From NCBI GenBank assembly GCA_965221075.1, contig OZ244865.1, positions 33,123 to 97,122 on the forward strand: a stretch of 64,000 nt of DNA, in the 5' to 3' direction. Positions 16,574 to 25,301 of the stretch are shown one piece after another (position 1 is the first letter of the stretch; each line of letters starts with the position of its first letter). A model generated the notes under the pieces. That model was not told the DNA's origin, did not search any database, and saw nothing but the letters and a program-made list of their open reading frames with translations. The DNA is from Limisphaerales bacterium. Its GTDB lineage: Bacteria > Verrucomicrobiota > Verrucomicrobiia > Limisphaerales > AAA164-E04. The translations under genes and the position numbers were made by a program.

Positions 16574-17782
16574 CTATCGTTTTTTCCAACAATACGCAGC
16601 CAAGCATAGCAAAACAATTATAACAACAGGCAACAGTAAGTACATTGATTTATCAGATCGCTTGATTTCCGCAATGCCTGCTTCAGGTTCTTTCTTGGTT
16701 AATCTTCCATCCGCATCCACATAAAAGTAGCCTGCTTGTGGATCTGTTAAATCCGTAACCTGCGTTGCAGGCTTAGTATACTCATCAATCAATGTATAGT
16801 TGATGTGTTCACTGAATCCAAACTCATACCGTTTTAACCTATATATTGCCTCGCCAACGCTATTTCCTGCTTCCTCTTTTGCTGCCACAATGCCTGGAAG
16901 CCATAGATCATGCTCGACATTATAAGAATAATCTTCAAAGCTAACCGTTCTTGCAATGGCTTTGCCGGAGTGAGAAGAATAAAAAACAGGCGCAAACCCG
17001 TAGCTGGGATCCAGATGAATCTCAATTGTGCGCATAGGTATTACTATCTGCAGATTCTTTAATTCAGCGATAATAGAATCAACAAAGTTTTCGCTTACTG
17101 GAACACCGATCGACTCATGGTCCCTAAACAGGTTGGGATAGTCAAGAATCTCGCATTTTACGACTATTGTATTATTTGATTCAAATATTTCGACATTTTT
17201 CCCATTCTTCAGAAGATATTCCGTCCTGGATCCGAAGTATGGTGCGTTTTCCATATAAGAAAAAGGACTGTAAATAGGTGTGTGCACACCTGCGTAATGA
17301 AGGTATTTAAATGAGAACAAATAATCCATATTAATATTATCTGCGTTATTGACTGGGTCGCGTATTGTTAATTTAGCTGGGATACCGTCGTCATCGAGAT
17401 CAGGCGTTCCGTTATAAAAAGCTTTCCCATCAAAAGATCCTTCATTTCGAAACACATCTCCTTCATGGTACATTATATAACTGACTCTGAATTTTTCGCG
17501 TTCTATCCAAACAATTACCTCAGTAGGTGCATCGAAGCTCTGAGCAACACGCCATCCAGTTCTAGAAGAAGACGTAACTTCCAGTTCAACCTTGGCATTA
17601 GCAAACGCTCTGGACACCTTTTTGTTCAAATTGTCCATTTCCTGATGGAACTGTTCGATAAGCGAGGTATCTGCATCAGCACTATCCTGAGTCTGACAAA
17701 TCTCGCTATTGCCCAGCAAGAGGAAAGCCATAAGCATCCACACTTTACTCAGAGGCTGTTTCTTGTCTTCTGTGATCTTCAT
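16574..17782 (-). CDS. Hypothetical membrane-anchored exported protein (strongly AT-rich orphan)
   Basis: Intact 402-codon ORF in a stretch that is visibly AT-rich (well under 45 percent GC by eye) inside a high-GC genome. N-terminal hydrophobic VWMLMAFLLLGNSEI. C-terminal TM plus basic tail MYLLLPVVIIVLLCLAAYCWKKR. I recognise no family motif. Confidence 0.7.
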   Translation of the reverse strand: MKITEDKKQPLSKVWMLMAFLLLGNSEICQTQDSADADTSLIEQFHQEMDNLNKKVSRAFANAKVELEVTSSSRTGWRVAQSFDAPTEVIVWIEREKFRVSYIMYHEGDVFRNEGSFDGKAFYNGTPDLDDDGIPAKLTIRDPVNNADNINMDYLFSFKYLHYAGVHTPIYSPFSYMENAPYFGSRTEYLLKNGKNVEIFESNNTIVVKCEILDYPNLFRDHESIGVPVSENFVDSIIAELKNLQIVIPMRTIEIHLDPSYGFAPVFYSSHSGKAIARTVSFEDYSYNVEHDLWLPGIVAAKEEAGNSVGEAIYRLKRYEFGFSEHINYTLIDEYTKPATQVTDLTDPQAGYFYVDADGRLTKKEPEAGIAEIKRSDKSMYLLLPVVIIVLLCLAAYCWKKR

Positions 17783-17812
17783 CGCATACCTTATTCAACC
17801 GGAACCCGTCAA

Positions 17813-18246
17813 TGACATTGAGACACTTGATCCGTCAATTACCAGACCGCCTCAGGCAGCTCCTTGGGCCTGGGGATAACGTGGACGAAGCGCTCCGGAT
17901 GGGCTCGCCAGGCGCCTTTCAAGGTGCGTCTGCGTCCTTTCAGGCAGGCAGGCGCCTTCCCGTAGTGGACGGTGTCCGGGGTGAGCATCGCGATGCCCGA
18001 GTGCCGGTGTTCTCCGTTGTACCAGGTGAAGAAGGACCGGCAGAACGTCCTGGCAGCGTTCAGGTCGGGGAAGTGCTGGGGAAAGCTGGCGTGGTACTTC
18101 AGGGTCTTGAACTGGGCTTCGGAGAAGGGATTGTCGTCGCTCACATGGGGCTGGCTCAGCGAACGGGTGACGCCGAGGTCGGCCAGAAGCTGGGTGGTGC
18201 ACTTGCTGGTCATGGGGGCGCCGCGGTCGGAATGCAGGGTGAGCTG
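17813..18246 (-). pseudogene. IS3-family transposase (OrfB, rve domain) 3' fragment with right end
   Basis: ..LTLHSDRGAPMTSKCTTQLLADLGVTRSLSQPHVSDDNPFSEAQFKTLKYH..FFTWYNGEHRHSGIAMLTPDTVHYG... Stop at 17839. Terminal ..caagtgtctcaatgtca ends at 17813. Truncated upstream by the IS21 right end. Confidence 0.75.
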
Positions 18247-18419
18247 AGGTGGTCGGGGTCGTTTGGACAAATTGGGAGCAGAACTAAGGATTGTCAATGT
18301 CAGATGATAATGTCCCACTTTTGGTGGCTTTGGCACCCCTTGATCATTGCGCTGCGCCACCGCGGCCCTTCGGGGCCGTACGGAGGGAGCGAAGCGACCG
18401 GAGTACGGACCGAAGGGCT

Positions 18420-19211
18420 TCATCCCGTACCTCCTCCGCTGCTCTCCTTCGCCCTCCCCATCAGGGCCTGATGCTCCCTCATCCGGTAGCTGTTTCCCCG
18501 GATGTTGACGATGTGGCTGTGGTGCACCAGGCGATCGAGCATCGCCGACGCCATCACCTCGTCGCCAAGCACGCCGCCCCATTCCTCGAACCCCTTGTTC
18601 GAGGCCGGGTCGTCGAAGCCCGCTCGTGGCGAGCGTTGATCAGCTGGAAGAAGAGCACTGCGCCATCCCGGCTCACGGGCAGGTAGCCGATCTCGTCCAC
18701 CACCAGGACTGCGGGATGGACGAGGACCCTCAAGCGATGGGCCAGCCTGCCAGCGGCTCGGGCTTCGGTCAACGACTCGACCAGACTGGAGAGCGTGCCG
18801 TAGTAGACCCGTCGGCCTGCCTCGGCCGCCGCGATGGCCAGGCTGATCGCCAGATGCGTCTTTCCGACTCCCGGAGGCCCCCAGGAAGATGACATTCTCC
18901 GAACGTCCCACGAAGCCGAGCTCGTGCAGGCTCTCGATCTGTTCGCGCCGTATGCTCGGCTGGAAGGAGAAATCGAACTGCTCCAGCGTCTTGACCGCTG
19001 GCAGCCGTGAAGACCGCATGGCGGTGAAGAGCCTCCGGTTGTTCCGAAGAGCGATCTGCGCGTCGAGCAGCTCCTCGATGGCCTCGGTAGCTGTCGCAGC
19101 CCCGCTGTCGGCCTTGGCCAGGATCCCGTCCACCGCTTCCAGAGCGCCAGGCATCTTCAGATCGACAAGCATCGAGCGCACCCGATCGCGCCGCTCCATC
19201 GCCTTCTTCAC
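18420..19211 (-). pseudogene. istB: IS21 helper ATPase IstB (two frameshifts)
   Basis: N-terminus MKKAMERRDRVRSMLVDLKMPGALEA.. and C-terminus ..NKGFEEWGGVLGDEVMASAMLDRLVHHSHIVNIRGNSYRMRE lie in one frame. Walker A GPPGVGKTHLA and Walker B VLVVDEIGYLP lie in another frame (18554..18895). Confidence 0.8.
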
Positions 19212-20241
19212 TGTGCCACCTCCGCGTAGGTTCGCAGGGGACGCCGTTCCACCTCGACGGCAGCCGGCGGCCGTGCCGCCTGGACCCTCTCTCGTGCCTT
19301 CAGAGCCGCCTCAGGGGCTCCCAAACGCCTGTATGGGCCTACAGCCAGGGGATGCAGGGCATGCCGCTCGGCTCGCTTGAAACGGTCTGCAGGGCGCTCC
19401 CCGGTCGTCCCGTGCACCCGCACGTTCGCAGTGTCTTCCAGCCAGTGGGCCGCCTGCTCGTTGAGGTCCTCGTCGTTGAGGAATTGGCGTCCGTAGCAGA
19501 AGCTCTCGCGCAGGTAGCGGATCGGCCGCTCCACCTTGCCCTTGGTCTGGGCACGGTAGGGGCGGCACGATCGTGCCGCAAATCCCCAGTGCGACGAGAA
19601 GCGCAGAACTCCTCGTTGAGCGTCAGCCGGCCTCCATCGGTCCGACGGTCCGAAACCACCACCGAGCGCATCTGGTCGAAGAGCATCTCCCGGGGAACGC
19701 CTCCGAAGTAGCCGAAGGCGCTCTCCAGGCCATCGAAGAGCGTCTCCATCGTCTGCCGCCGATTGAACCGCAGCCACAGAAGCCGCGAGAATCCGAGCAC
19801 CACCACCAGTGCATGGCGGCGTCCCCATGCCATCCCGAACGACGCGAAGTCCACCTGCCCCTGCCTTCCCGGCGGCGTCTCGAAGCGGACCGCTTCCTCT
19901 TCCATCTCCCGGGGTCTGATCTCCCGCACATGGTCACGAACACGGCCGTACCCGCCCTGGTATCCTGCCTTCCGGATCTCGTCGTACAGACGCATTGCGC
20001 TCAGCTTTGGGTACTCCGCCAATCGAGCCTCGATTATCCCCTTGTAGGCGTCCAGCTTGTGCGCCTTCGGCTGCCTCGGTCCGTACTCTGCCTTCGCCTC
20101 CAGGCCCTGGCCCAGCTTGCCGCCTTCGATCCATCGGTGAATCGTCCGTCTGTCGACTCCCAGCTGCCGCGCCATCGCCGTCTTCGTCATTCCCTGCTCC
20201 AGGCACTCTTTCGCCTTCAATCTCGTCTCCTTCCCGTGCAT
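19208..20241 (-). pseudogene. istA: IS21 transposase IstA (frameshift near 19600)
   Basis: MHGKETRLKAKECLEQGMTKTAMARQLGVDRRTIHRW..VDFASFGMAWGRR..FDQMRSVVV.. in the frame of 19339..20364. It continues as ..WGFAARSCRPYRAQTKGKVERPIRYLRESF..VHGTTGERP.. in the frame of 19208..19828. Confidence 0.8.
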
Positions 20242-20363
20242 CGCTTCCTCTCTCCTTCCCGGCCCCAACGCCTCGGGAATGGAGGGTTCCGAACCTCTCC
20301 GCAACCCGAAATTGGGGCCATTTTCAGTTGACAGAAGTGAGACATTTTCAATTGTCCCCAACA

Positions 20364-22001
20364 ATTCCCTGCATTACTGGCAAATCCTCTCCAGGACAAC
20401 GGCCGCGCCCGCTCGTGCAGCGGCGGCGGCGACGGACCGGACGGGAACTGGACCATCTCTCCCATTCCATGCCGATCAGGCGCAAGCCGCCGATGCTCCG
20501 GCGCCAGCCGGGGAGACCGGCCCTATGGAGATCAGCGAACCCCGCCCCAAGCAGGGCGGATGCCGTCCGGATCCGCCGGATCGGAACCATCCTCCCTGCC
20601 GGAACCGCCAGGAACCTTTCCCGGATCCGGCCGACTCCTTCAAGTTTCTGGAAAGGAGGCGATCCTCTCATGCCTCGGTGGCCAACGGCAGGAGGGGAAG
20701 CGGACAAGGGGAAAGCGCAGCGAAGACCGGCACGAGGCGCTCCGGCGGGCCGCCACCGCAGCCTTCGGCCGGCCTCCGAGCGCGCCGCCGCGCCGGGGCC
20801 GGCAGCCGCGAGGAGGACTCCCGGCGAGAAAGCCGCTGGCTGAAGCGGTCCTACAGCCAGAGGCTGGCTCCCGGCACTGGAGGCGGACCAGGAGCCGAGG
20901 CTGGCGGCAGCAAGGGCGGCAATCGCGCTTGCCAGGCCAGCCGCCCTGCTCGGCCTTGAACGGACAGCGGCGGATTCAGGACGCCCCGAGCCAGGGAGGC
21001 CCAAGGGAGCCTGCGCCGATGACTGGAGGGAGAGTCCTATCCCGGGCCGGGAAGACCGCTCCGTCCCGAGAGCGCCGTGGGGGTCGAAGGGAGGATTCCC
21101 GGCCCGGACGATCCGCTTTGGGGAGCGGATCCGGGAGGCAGGCCCGCCCTACAGCAGGGGCTTGATGCGGGCCAGCAGCTTGACGCGGCTGAGCTTTCCA
21201 TAGTCCTTGGACTTCACCAGCCCGTCCTTGCCGATCACGAAGGTGGTGGGGATGCCCTTGATGCCTCCGTACTTCTTGACGATCTCGTACTCCTCGTCCC
21301 CCATGACCACCAGGTAGTTCATCTTCTTGTCCTGGTAGAACTTCTGCACCTTCTCAACATTGCCGTCGCCCCAGTCCAGGGAGACGCCGACGAAGACCAC
21401 GTCCTGCTCCTCGTACTCCTTTTGGACCTTGATGAAGTCGGGAATCTCGGCCACGCAAGGAAGGCACGAGGTGGCCCAGAAGTTGAGCACCACCACCTTG
21501 TCCTTGAACTTCCCGGATATGACCTTCTCCCCCTTCAGGTCGTTGAGCTCCCAGGCCGGGGCCTTGTCTCCCACCTCGACGGCTCCTAGGGGAACGGCGA
21601 AGGCTGCGAGGAGGACCCCAAGAAGCACGAGCGGATTGCGGACGATCAGGCTGTTCATGGCTGGCATATGCTTGCGGACGCGCCTCGCCGCGCCAGCGGC
21701 GGAGGCGGCTTCCATCCTCCCTGCGTGCCGGAAGCTACGGGGCGCTTCCGGGGATGTAAAGGGCTTAGCGGAGAAAGCTCAGGCCAGCGCGCCGCCGCAG
21801 CTGCTGCCGGCCCCGGCGGAGCAGGCCAGGCAGTGGTCGCCCGTGGCGATGGGGCGCCCCTCCAGATGCTCCGGGACGGCCTCCCAGAGATAGGCGGCCT
21901 CGGGCTGCCCGCCGAGCTTCAGGCCCAGCATCTGGTTGAAGTCGCAGTCGTAGAGGCGCCCCTTCCAGTCAACGCTCAGGGTGTCCCGGCACATCAGGCC
22001 G
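20364..22001. repeat. Segmental duplication, copy B (matches 10372..12024)
   Basis: Starts exactly at the IS21 terminus (20363|20364) with attccctgcattactggca... Continues colinear with copy A through the TlpA-like gene into arsS. Confidence 0.9.
21149..21667 (-). CDS. Secreted TlpA/ResA-like thiol-disulfide oxidoreductase, duplicate with altered active site (SCLPC)
   Basis: Same length and context as 11162..11680. There are 12 amino-acid differences, including FWATSCLPCVAE versus FWATWCPPCVAE. Confidence 0.75.
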   Translation of the reverse strand: MPAMNSLIVRNPLVLLGVLLAAFAVPLGAVEVGDKAPAWELNDLKGEKVISGKFKDKVVVLNFWATSCLPCVAEIPDFIKVQKEYEEQDVVFVGVSLDWGDGNVEKVQKFYQDKKMNYLVVMGDEEYEIVKKYGGIKGIPTTFVIGKDGLVKSKDYGKLSRVKLLARIKPLL

Positions 22002-22726
22002 GGCAGGGCTGCGGGGTTGAAGCTGTCGAGCAGCAGATCCATGTAGGCCTGCAGGCTCCCCTGGCGCCGAAGGTCCTCGGCGAACCGGGCGATGGGCTGG
22101 TTGGCCAGGGCCAGGAGACGGTCGAACTCGATTCCATGGTGCTCACGCAGAGCCTGGCGGTAGTCCTCCTCCAGCTCCTCCTGGGGGCCCGGCAGGCTGG
22201 CTCCCAGGGGGTTGTGTACCAGATGGAGGATCAGTCCCGAGCCGTAGCCCACCTGGTTGAGCTTCCTGAGGGCGCGGATGCTTCGCTCGAAGACCGAGTT
22301 TCCCCTCTGCCGGTTGACGGTCCCGGGCGAGTAGCATGGCAGCGAGGCGACGATCTCCACCCGGCGGGAGGAAAGGAACAGGTGGAGGTCCTCGAAACCG
22401 GGCTCCTCCAGGATGGTCAGGTTGCTGCGGTCGATCACCCGCAGCCCCGCATCGCGGGACAAGTCCACGAAGTAGCGGAAATGGTCGCTGAGCTCCGGGG
22501 CCCCGCCGGTGATGTCCACCACCCCGGGGCGGTGCCTGCGGATCCATCCGCCGATCCGCAGGGCGGTCTCCGAGTCCATCATTTCGGTGCGCCATGGCGC
22601 CGCGTCGACATGGCAGTGCCGGCAGGCCTGGTTGCACTTCCTGCCCACGTTGATCTGGAGCGTCGAGAGGGAGCTCCGGAAGAGTCCCGGCTGGTGGAGA
22701 CGCAGCTGTCGGTCGAACCGGTTCAT
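21779..22726 (-). CDS. arsS: Radical SAM/Cys-rich protein of the ArsS type (arsenosugar-biosynthesis radical SAM family)
   Basis: MNRFDRQLR..LQINVGRKCNQACRHCH (CxxxCxxC). ..ITGGAPEL.. The C-terminus ..MCRDTLSVDWKGRLYDCDFNQML..TGDHCLACSAGAGSSCGGALA is the Cys-rich tail typical of this family. Alternative starts at 22786/22774. Confidence 0.75.
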   Translation of the reverse strand: MNRFDRQLRLHQPGLFRSSLSTLQINVGRKCNQACRHCHVDAAPWRTEMMDSETALRIGGWIRRHRPGVVDITGGAPELSDHFRYFVDLSRDAGLRVIDRSNLTILEEPGFEDLHLFLSSRRVEIVASLPCYSPGTVNRQRGNSVFERSIRALRKLNQVGYGSGLILHLVHNPLGASLPGPQEELEEDYRQALREHHGIEFDRLLALANQPIARFAEDLRRQGSLQAYMDLLLDSFNPAALPGLMCRDTLSVDWKGRLYDCDFNQMLGLKLGGQPEAAYLWEAVPEHLEGRPIATGDHCLACSAGAGSSCGGALA

Positions 22727-22894
22727 CGGGTCCGCGGCAGGACGCCCGGCCCGAGGAGCCGGTTTGCCATCCATCGCCGAGGGCATCCTACCCCGGGGCG
22801 CGGCCGTTCCCAGAGGATTCCATCCGTCCGGCGGCTCGGGAATCCGGCGCTCGGGGATTGCCCCCCCTCGGGGCTTGCCGCTAGAACTGGCCCC

Positions 22895-23485
22895 ATGGAA
22901 CCGGAGGAGGTCATGGGCATCCTGCGCGAATCGGACGCCCTGCTCGAGGGCCACTTCGTCCTGCGGAGCGGACGGCACAGCCGCCAGTACTTCCAGTGCG
23001 CCCTGGCCCTCCAGCGCATGTCCGTGGTGGAACGCCTGGCGAGGGCTCTGGTGGAGCGGATCCGCCACCACGAGGCCTCCACCCTCCTGGCTCCCGCCAT
23101 GGGGGGCCTGGTCATCGGGCAGGAGATCGCCCGGCAGCTTGGGCTGCGGTTCATCTACGCCGAGAAGGACGGCGGAGGTGCGCTGGCGCTGAGGCGCGGG
23201 TTCCGGATCTCGTGCGGGGAACGGATCCTGATCGCCGAGGATGTGGTCACGAGGGGCGGGCGCATCCAGGAATCCATCGCCATCGTGGAGGATGCCGGAG
23301 GAGAGGTGGCAGCCGTCGCCGCCCTGGTCGACCGGTCCGAGGAGCCCCTGCCCTTCCAGCGCCCCTTCTACAGCCTACTCCAGCTCACCCCGGAGACCTA
23401 CGGTCCCGGCGACCTGCCTCCCGACCTGGAGGCGGTTCCCGCATGCCGGCCCGGCAGCCGGCCTTCCGGCGGGAAGGCGGCCTGA
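22895..23485 (+). CDS. pyrE: Orotate phosphoribosyltransferase
   Basis: ATG 22895. MEPEEVMGILRESDALLEGHFVLRSGRHS..YFQCA..; PRPP loop ILIAEDVVTRGGRIQESI. The 605-aa ORF in the track is an artefact that runs antisense through arsS. Confidence 0.85.
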   Translation: MEPEEVMGILRESDALLEGHFVLRSGRHSRQYFQCALALQRMSVVERLARALVERIRHHEASTLLAPAMGGLVIGQEIARQLGLRFIYAEKDGGGALALRRGFRISCGERILIAEDVVTRGGRIQESIAIVEDAGGEVAAVAALVDRSEEPLPFQRPFYSLLQLTPETYGPGDLPPDLEAVPACRPGSRPSGGKAA

Positions 23486-23504
23486 GATCCGTCCCCGGGG
23501 CGGT

Positions 23505-23933
23505 TCATTCCTTCCTGCCGGGAACCGCCACCGGCAGCTCGGCCTCGACCCAGCCCCGGTAGCCGTCCTCGATGTGGTAGACGATCGGGAAGCCATGCTC
23601 CTTGAAGATCTTCATCGACCGGCCCGAGCGGCCTCCCGAGGCGCAGTGGACCAGGTAGGCCTGTTCCTTGTCCAGCTTGGCGACCTGCTCGGAGAAGTCC
23701 TTGGCATGGTAGTCGAGGTTCCTCGCCTTCTTCAGGTGCCCCTTCTTGAACTCCCCGGCAGTGCGGATATCCAGGATCACGATCCGGGGATACTTCCGGA
23801 GCAGCGTCGCGGCCTGGCGCGACTTGATGTCGAAGAAGCCCTTCGGGGGCAGGGGCTCCTTCTCGCCGCCCAGCGGAGCGGGGAGCATGACCAGGGCCAG
23901 GAGCAGGCAGAGCGCCAGCGGGTTCGCTTTCAT
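23505..23933 (-). CDS. Exported single-domain rhodanese (sulfurtransferase)
   Basis: ATG 23933. Signal MKANPLALCLLLALVMLPAPLGG. ..VILDIRTAGEFKKGHLKKARNLD..; active-site loop LVHCASGGRSGRS. Confidence 0.8.
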   Translation of the reverse strand: MKANPLALCLLLALVMLPAPLGGEKEPLPPKGFFDIKSRQAATLLRKYPRIVILDIRTAGEFKKGHLKKARNLDYHAKDFSEQVAKLDKEQAYLVHCASGGRSGRSMKIFKEHGFPIVYHIEDGYRGWVEAELPVAVPGRKE

Positions 23934-24337
23934 GGGGAGGAGCGATTGTCCGTTCGTGCCGGGAGGATTGTCAATCGCCGGATCGTTCCGGAACAGGCCG
24001 GTCCTGCGCAGGCATGGCCGGCTGGCGAAGGAACGGGCGGCCTCCACGCTGGCCGACGGCTTTTTCTCCGGCAATTCGGACGGTTTCTTCCGAACCGCGC
24101 TTGAGACCGGCTTCCGATCGGGGGAAGCGCCATGGGGCCTGGAGGAGCCGGCCGGCCGCCTGCAAGAGGAACGCTCCCGGATCCCCGAAGAATGGGCGGC
24201 AGCGGGCGGAGCGGCCACGGCTTCCCGGGGAAGCCGTGGCAGTCCTGCCCTGCCTGTCCGTCAGGGACGGCGATCGTGAGCGGCAGCGGGCCGGACAGGT
24301 CCTCCATGCCGATGCAGGCCTCTCATGGCGGTCTTCC

Positions 24338-25190
24338 ATGAGAAATCCGAAGCACGCCCTCTCCCTCTTCCTGTCCCTGCTGCCCCCGTTCCTGGCGAAG
24401 CAAGAGCATGGGATGCCCAGGCGCTGTTCCCGATGCTCGATGGAAAGGCCGTTGAGCGGAAACTGTCGTCAAGCGGCTCGAAGCCGATCTCCATGGAAGA
24501 CGATCCCTCTCCCGGGAATACCGGGCATGCAAGCGGGATCGACGAAGCCCATCCTCCTGCCTTTCACGCCCTGCGCAGTTCATCTCTGGCAAGAGGCGTG
24601 GAACGCGTGCCAGGCATGGCCTCGAAGATTGCTGCGCCCGACATGGAGGAAACCTTCAAGGCAAGGCCGCCAGGGACGGCTGTCTGTTTAAGAACAGCAG
24701 CGGCAGCGAGGTTTTGGCCGGGGCGGAGATCGAAATCCAGCTGGAACCGGCTTCCGATGCGATCGGCAAGCTCGACGGAAGGAGCCGGGGAGAATGCGTC
24801 CTGTGGCTGGACCCTGCCATGGGGATGGCCGAAGCTGGGGCCTGCGACAAGCCGCAATCACGGAACCAGTCACGGCCGGAGACACTGCGATGAATCAGCC
24901 GGCCGGCCACATGGAACGCCTTCGCCGTGGAAAGGGGCTGCATCCGAACGCTGCCCTGGCCCGCCCTGCCGGAGACAGTCCTTCCTGGAACATGTGGCCG
25001 TGGCGCCTGACGATCCCGTCGGGATCGATCTGGCGGCATCCCAGACAACAGAGGCCTGGAACCGGCACCGCCCCGCTGCGAAAGGATTCCTCAGGGCGGC
25101 CCATGCCGGTCTGCGATATCGCCAGCCGCAGGCTGGAAGACGTGGAGCTCCTCGGGATCGTCGGCAAACTGGCCAACGCCTTCGGCGTTA
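24338..25190 (+). pseudogene. Decayed paralog of the 27353..29212 TlpA-fusion gene (at least 3 frame changes, CxxC lost)
   Basis: MRNPKHALSLFLSLLPPFLAKQE (compare MRAPKHILSLSLLFALLPLAQEE). In shifted frames: AQALFPMLDGKAVERKLSSSGSKPISMEDDPS; VERVPGMASKIAAPDMEETFK (compare VEGMLELASKLDLPDEEGAFQVK); GAEIEIQLEPASDAIGKLDG..GECVLW (compare GADIEIRLELDPDAIEKLDVKYQGEYVLY); FLEHVAVAPDDP in place of LEFWATWCGPC. Confidence 0.6.
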
Positions 25191-25301
25191 TTGACTGCTT
25201 CGGGCCTGCCGGCTCGAGCAGAGAAAGTCAGGCTGTCGGAGCCATCGCTCCCCTCGCGCCAACCCCAGGCGCCCTTGCAGAATGACGCCATAGACGGCAG
25301 G

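Larger units (their letters stand above)
18263..20363 (-). mobile_element. IS21-family element, full length but both genes frameshifted
   Basis: Left terminus TGTTGGGGACAATTGAAAATG (reverse complement of 20343-20363), with TGTCAACTGAAAATGG sub-repeats. Right terminus cgtttggacaaattggg at ~18263. Carries istA and istB in the usual order. Confidence 0.8.

Noticed and set aside
21668-22894. 5' two-thirds of the 605-aa plus-strand ORF 21668..23485
   Set aside because: It is antisense to the arsS-like gene and has no protein-like composition. Only the last 196 codons (pyrE, from ATG 22895) carry motifs.
23486-23504. Possible bidirectional terminator between the convergent pyrE and rhodanese genes (ccccgggg palindrome)
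   Set aside because: Only a 4-bp stem with no U-tract, so it is not convincing as an intrinsic terminator.
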